DNA of 63,400 nucleotides, counting the filler, from Phoronis australis (taxonomy: Eukaryota; Animalia; Phoronida), in assembly GCA_002633005.1 (NCBI GenBank). It is 4 parts of 4 records of this genome, joined end to end, with 100 filler letters (N's around TTAATTAATTAA, not from the genome) between each part and the next. Parts side by side here need not be neighbours in the genome. Positions count along the whole stretch, not along the records: positions 56,916 to 63,400 come from NMRA01000189.1; 3 more parts are not named here. The stretch is one strand, 5' to 3'. A model generated the notes under the pieces. The model did not search any database. It was given only the letters and a program-made list of their open reading frames with translations, and had not been told where the DNA came from. Within the stretch, counting starts at the first letter, position 1, and each line of letters starts with the position of its first letter. The position numbers and the translations under genes are program-made. Positions 62,931 to 63,400 of the stretch are shown here, piece after piece.

Positions 62931-63400
62931 CTTACAACTCTATTCAGTCTTCTCAGCTGCTTTTACAGTGCACGTGCATCTGTAAAAATTCCTAGTGTGA
63001 GTGCGCAAACTCTAGAAAATCTGGCGTTCGTTGCAGCCCCGAAAATGTAATAACGATTGGAGAGTTAAAGAGAGTCAGCTGACTAAAGCTATGGTCACAA
63101 CCCGCCGTGCGTGTTTATTGTTCGTACGTTTTCTGCGGACGCCACGGGCACCACGTTTTTCTGAAAACGTGAGTAGGGAGTGGCAAGCGCAGGGAGGGCG
63201 TGCGTCAACGCACGTCACCCGTAAGGTGTAAGTGCGTGACACGTACGGCACGCCTGGCCGTGGGCGGCAGCTTTCAGCATACGTTGCGCACGTGGTAAGT
63301 GAGTTGTGCGTGCGTGTATCGTGCTTACCACGTACAATCTCCGTGCGATTGCCACGTTGTCGTACGGAGGCCGTACGTACACATGCAGCTGACGCACGCT

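Overview
AT-rich, repeat-dense genomic DNA from an animal, most likely an invertebrate (species cannot be assigned from sequence). The window is four contigs (1-23823, 23924-28110, 28211-56815, 56916-63400) joined by artificial 100-nt N44-TTAATTAATTAA-N44 spacers. Nine single-N joins are present, several flanking duplicated allelic blocks. Contig 1 holds two convergent intron-containing genes. On + are the 3' exons of EFL1 (elongation factor-like GTPase 1), with the expected penultimate exon absent from the assembly. On - are the 3' exons of a chondroitin sulfate synthase (CHSY), whose long last exon has a single in-frame TGA at a conserved Arg. The remainder is largely decayed transposons: a DIRS tyrosine-recombinase retroelement (RNase H, adenine methyltransferase-like and YR domains), a solo LTR with 5-bp TSD, L1/Tx1, CR1-group and I-group LINE pieces, a Gypsy integrase piece, Harbinger, hAT5-like, ISL2EU-like, Kolobok-like and THAP-bearing DNA elements, SINE and tRNA-like heads, and an isolated PABPC-like exon. 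I found no clear new biological system. The best leads are the CHSY in-frame TGA, the tRNA-like module carried by 5-bp-TSD MITEs, the orphan PABP exon and the duplicated EFL1 splice donor. Family assignments come from motif recognition, not database searches.
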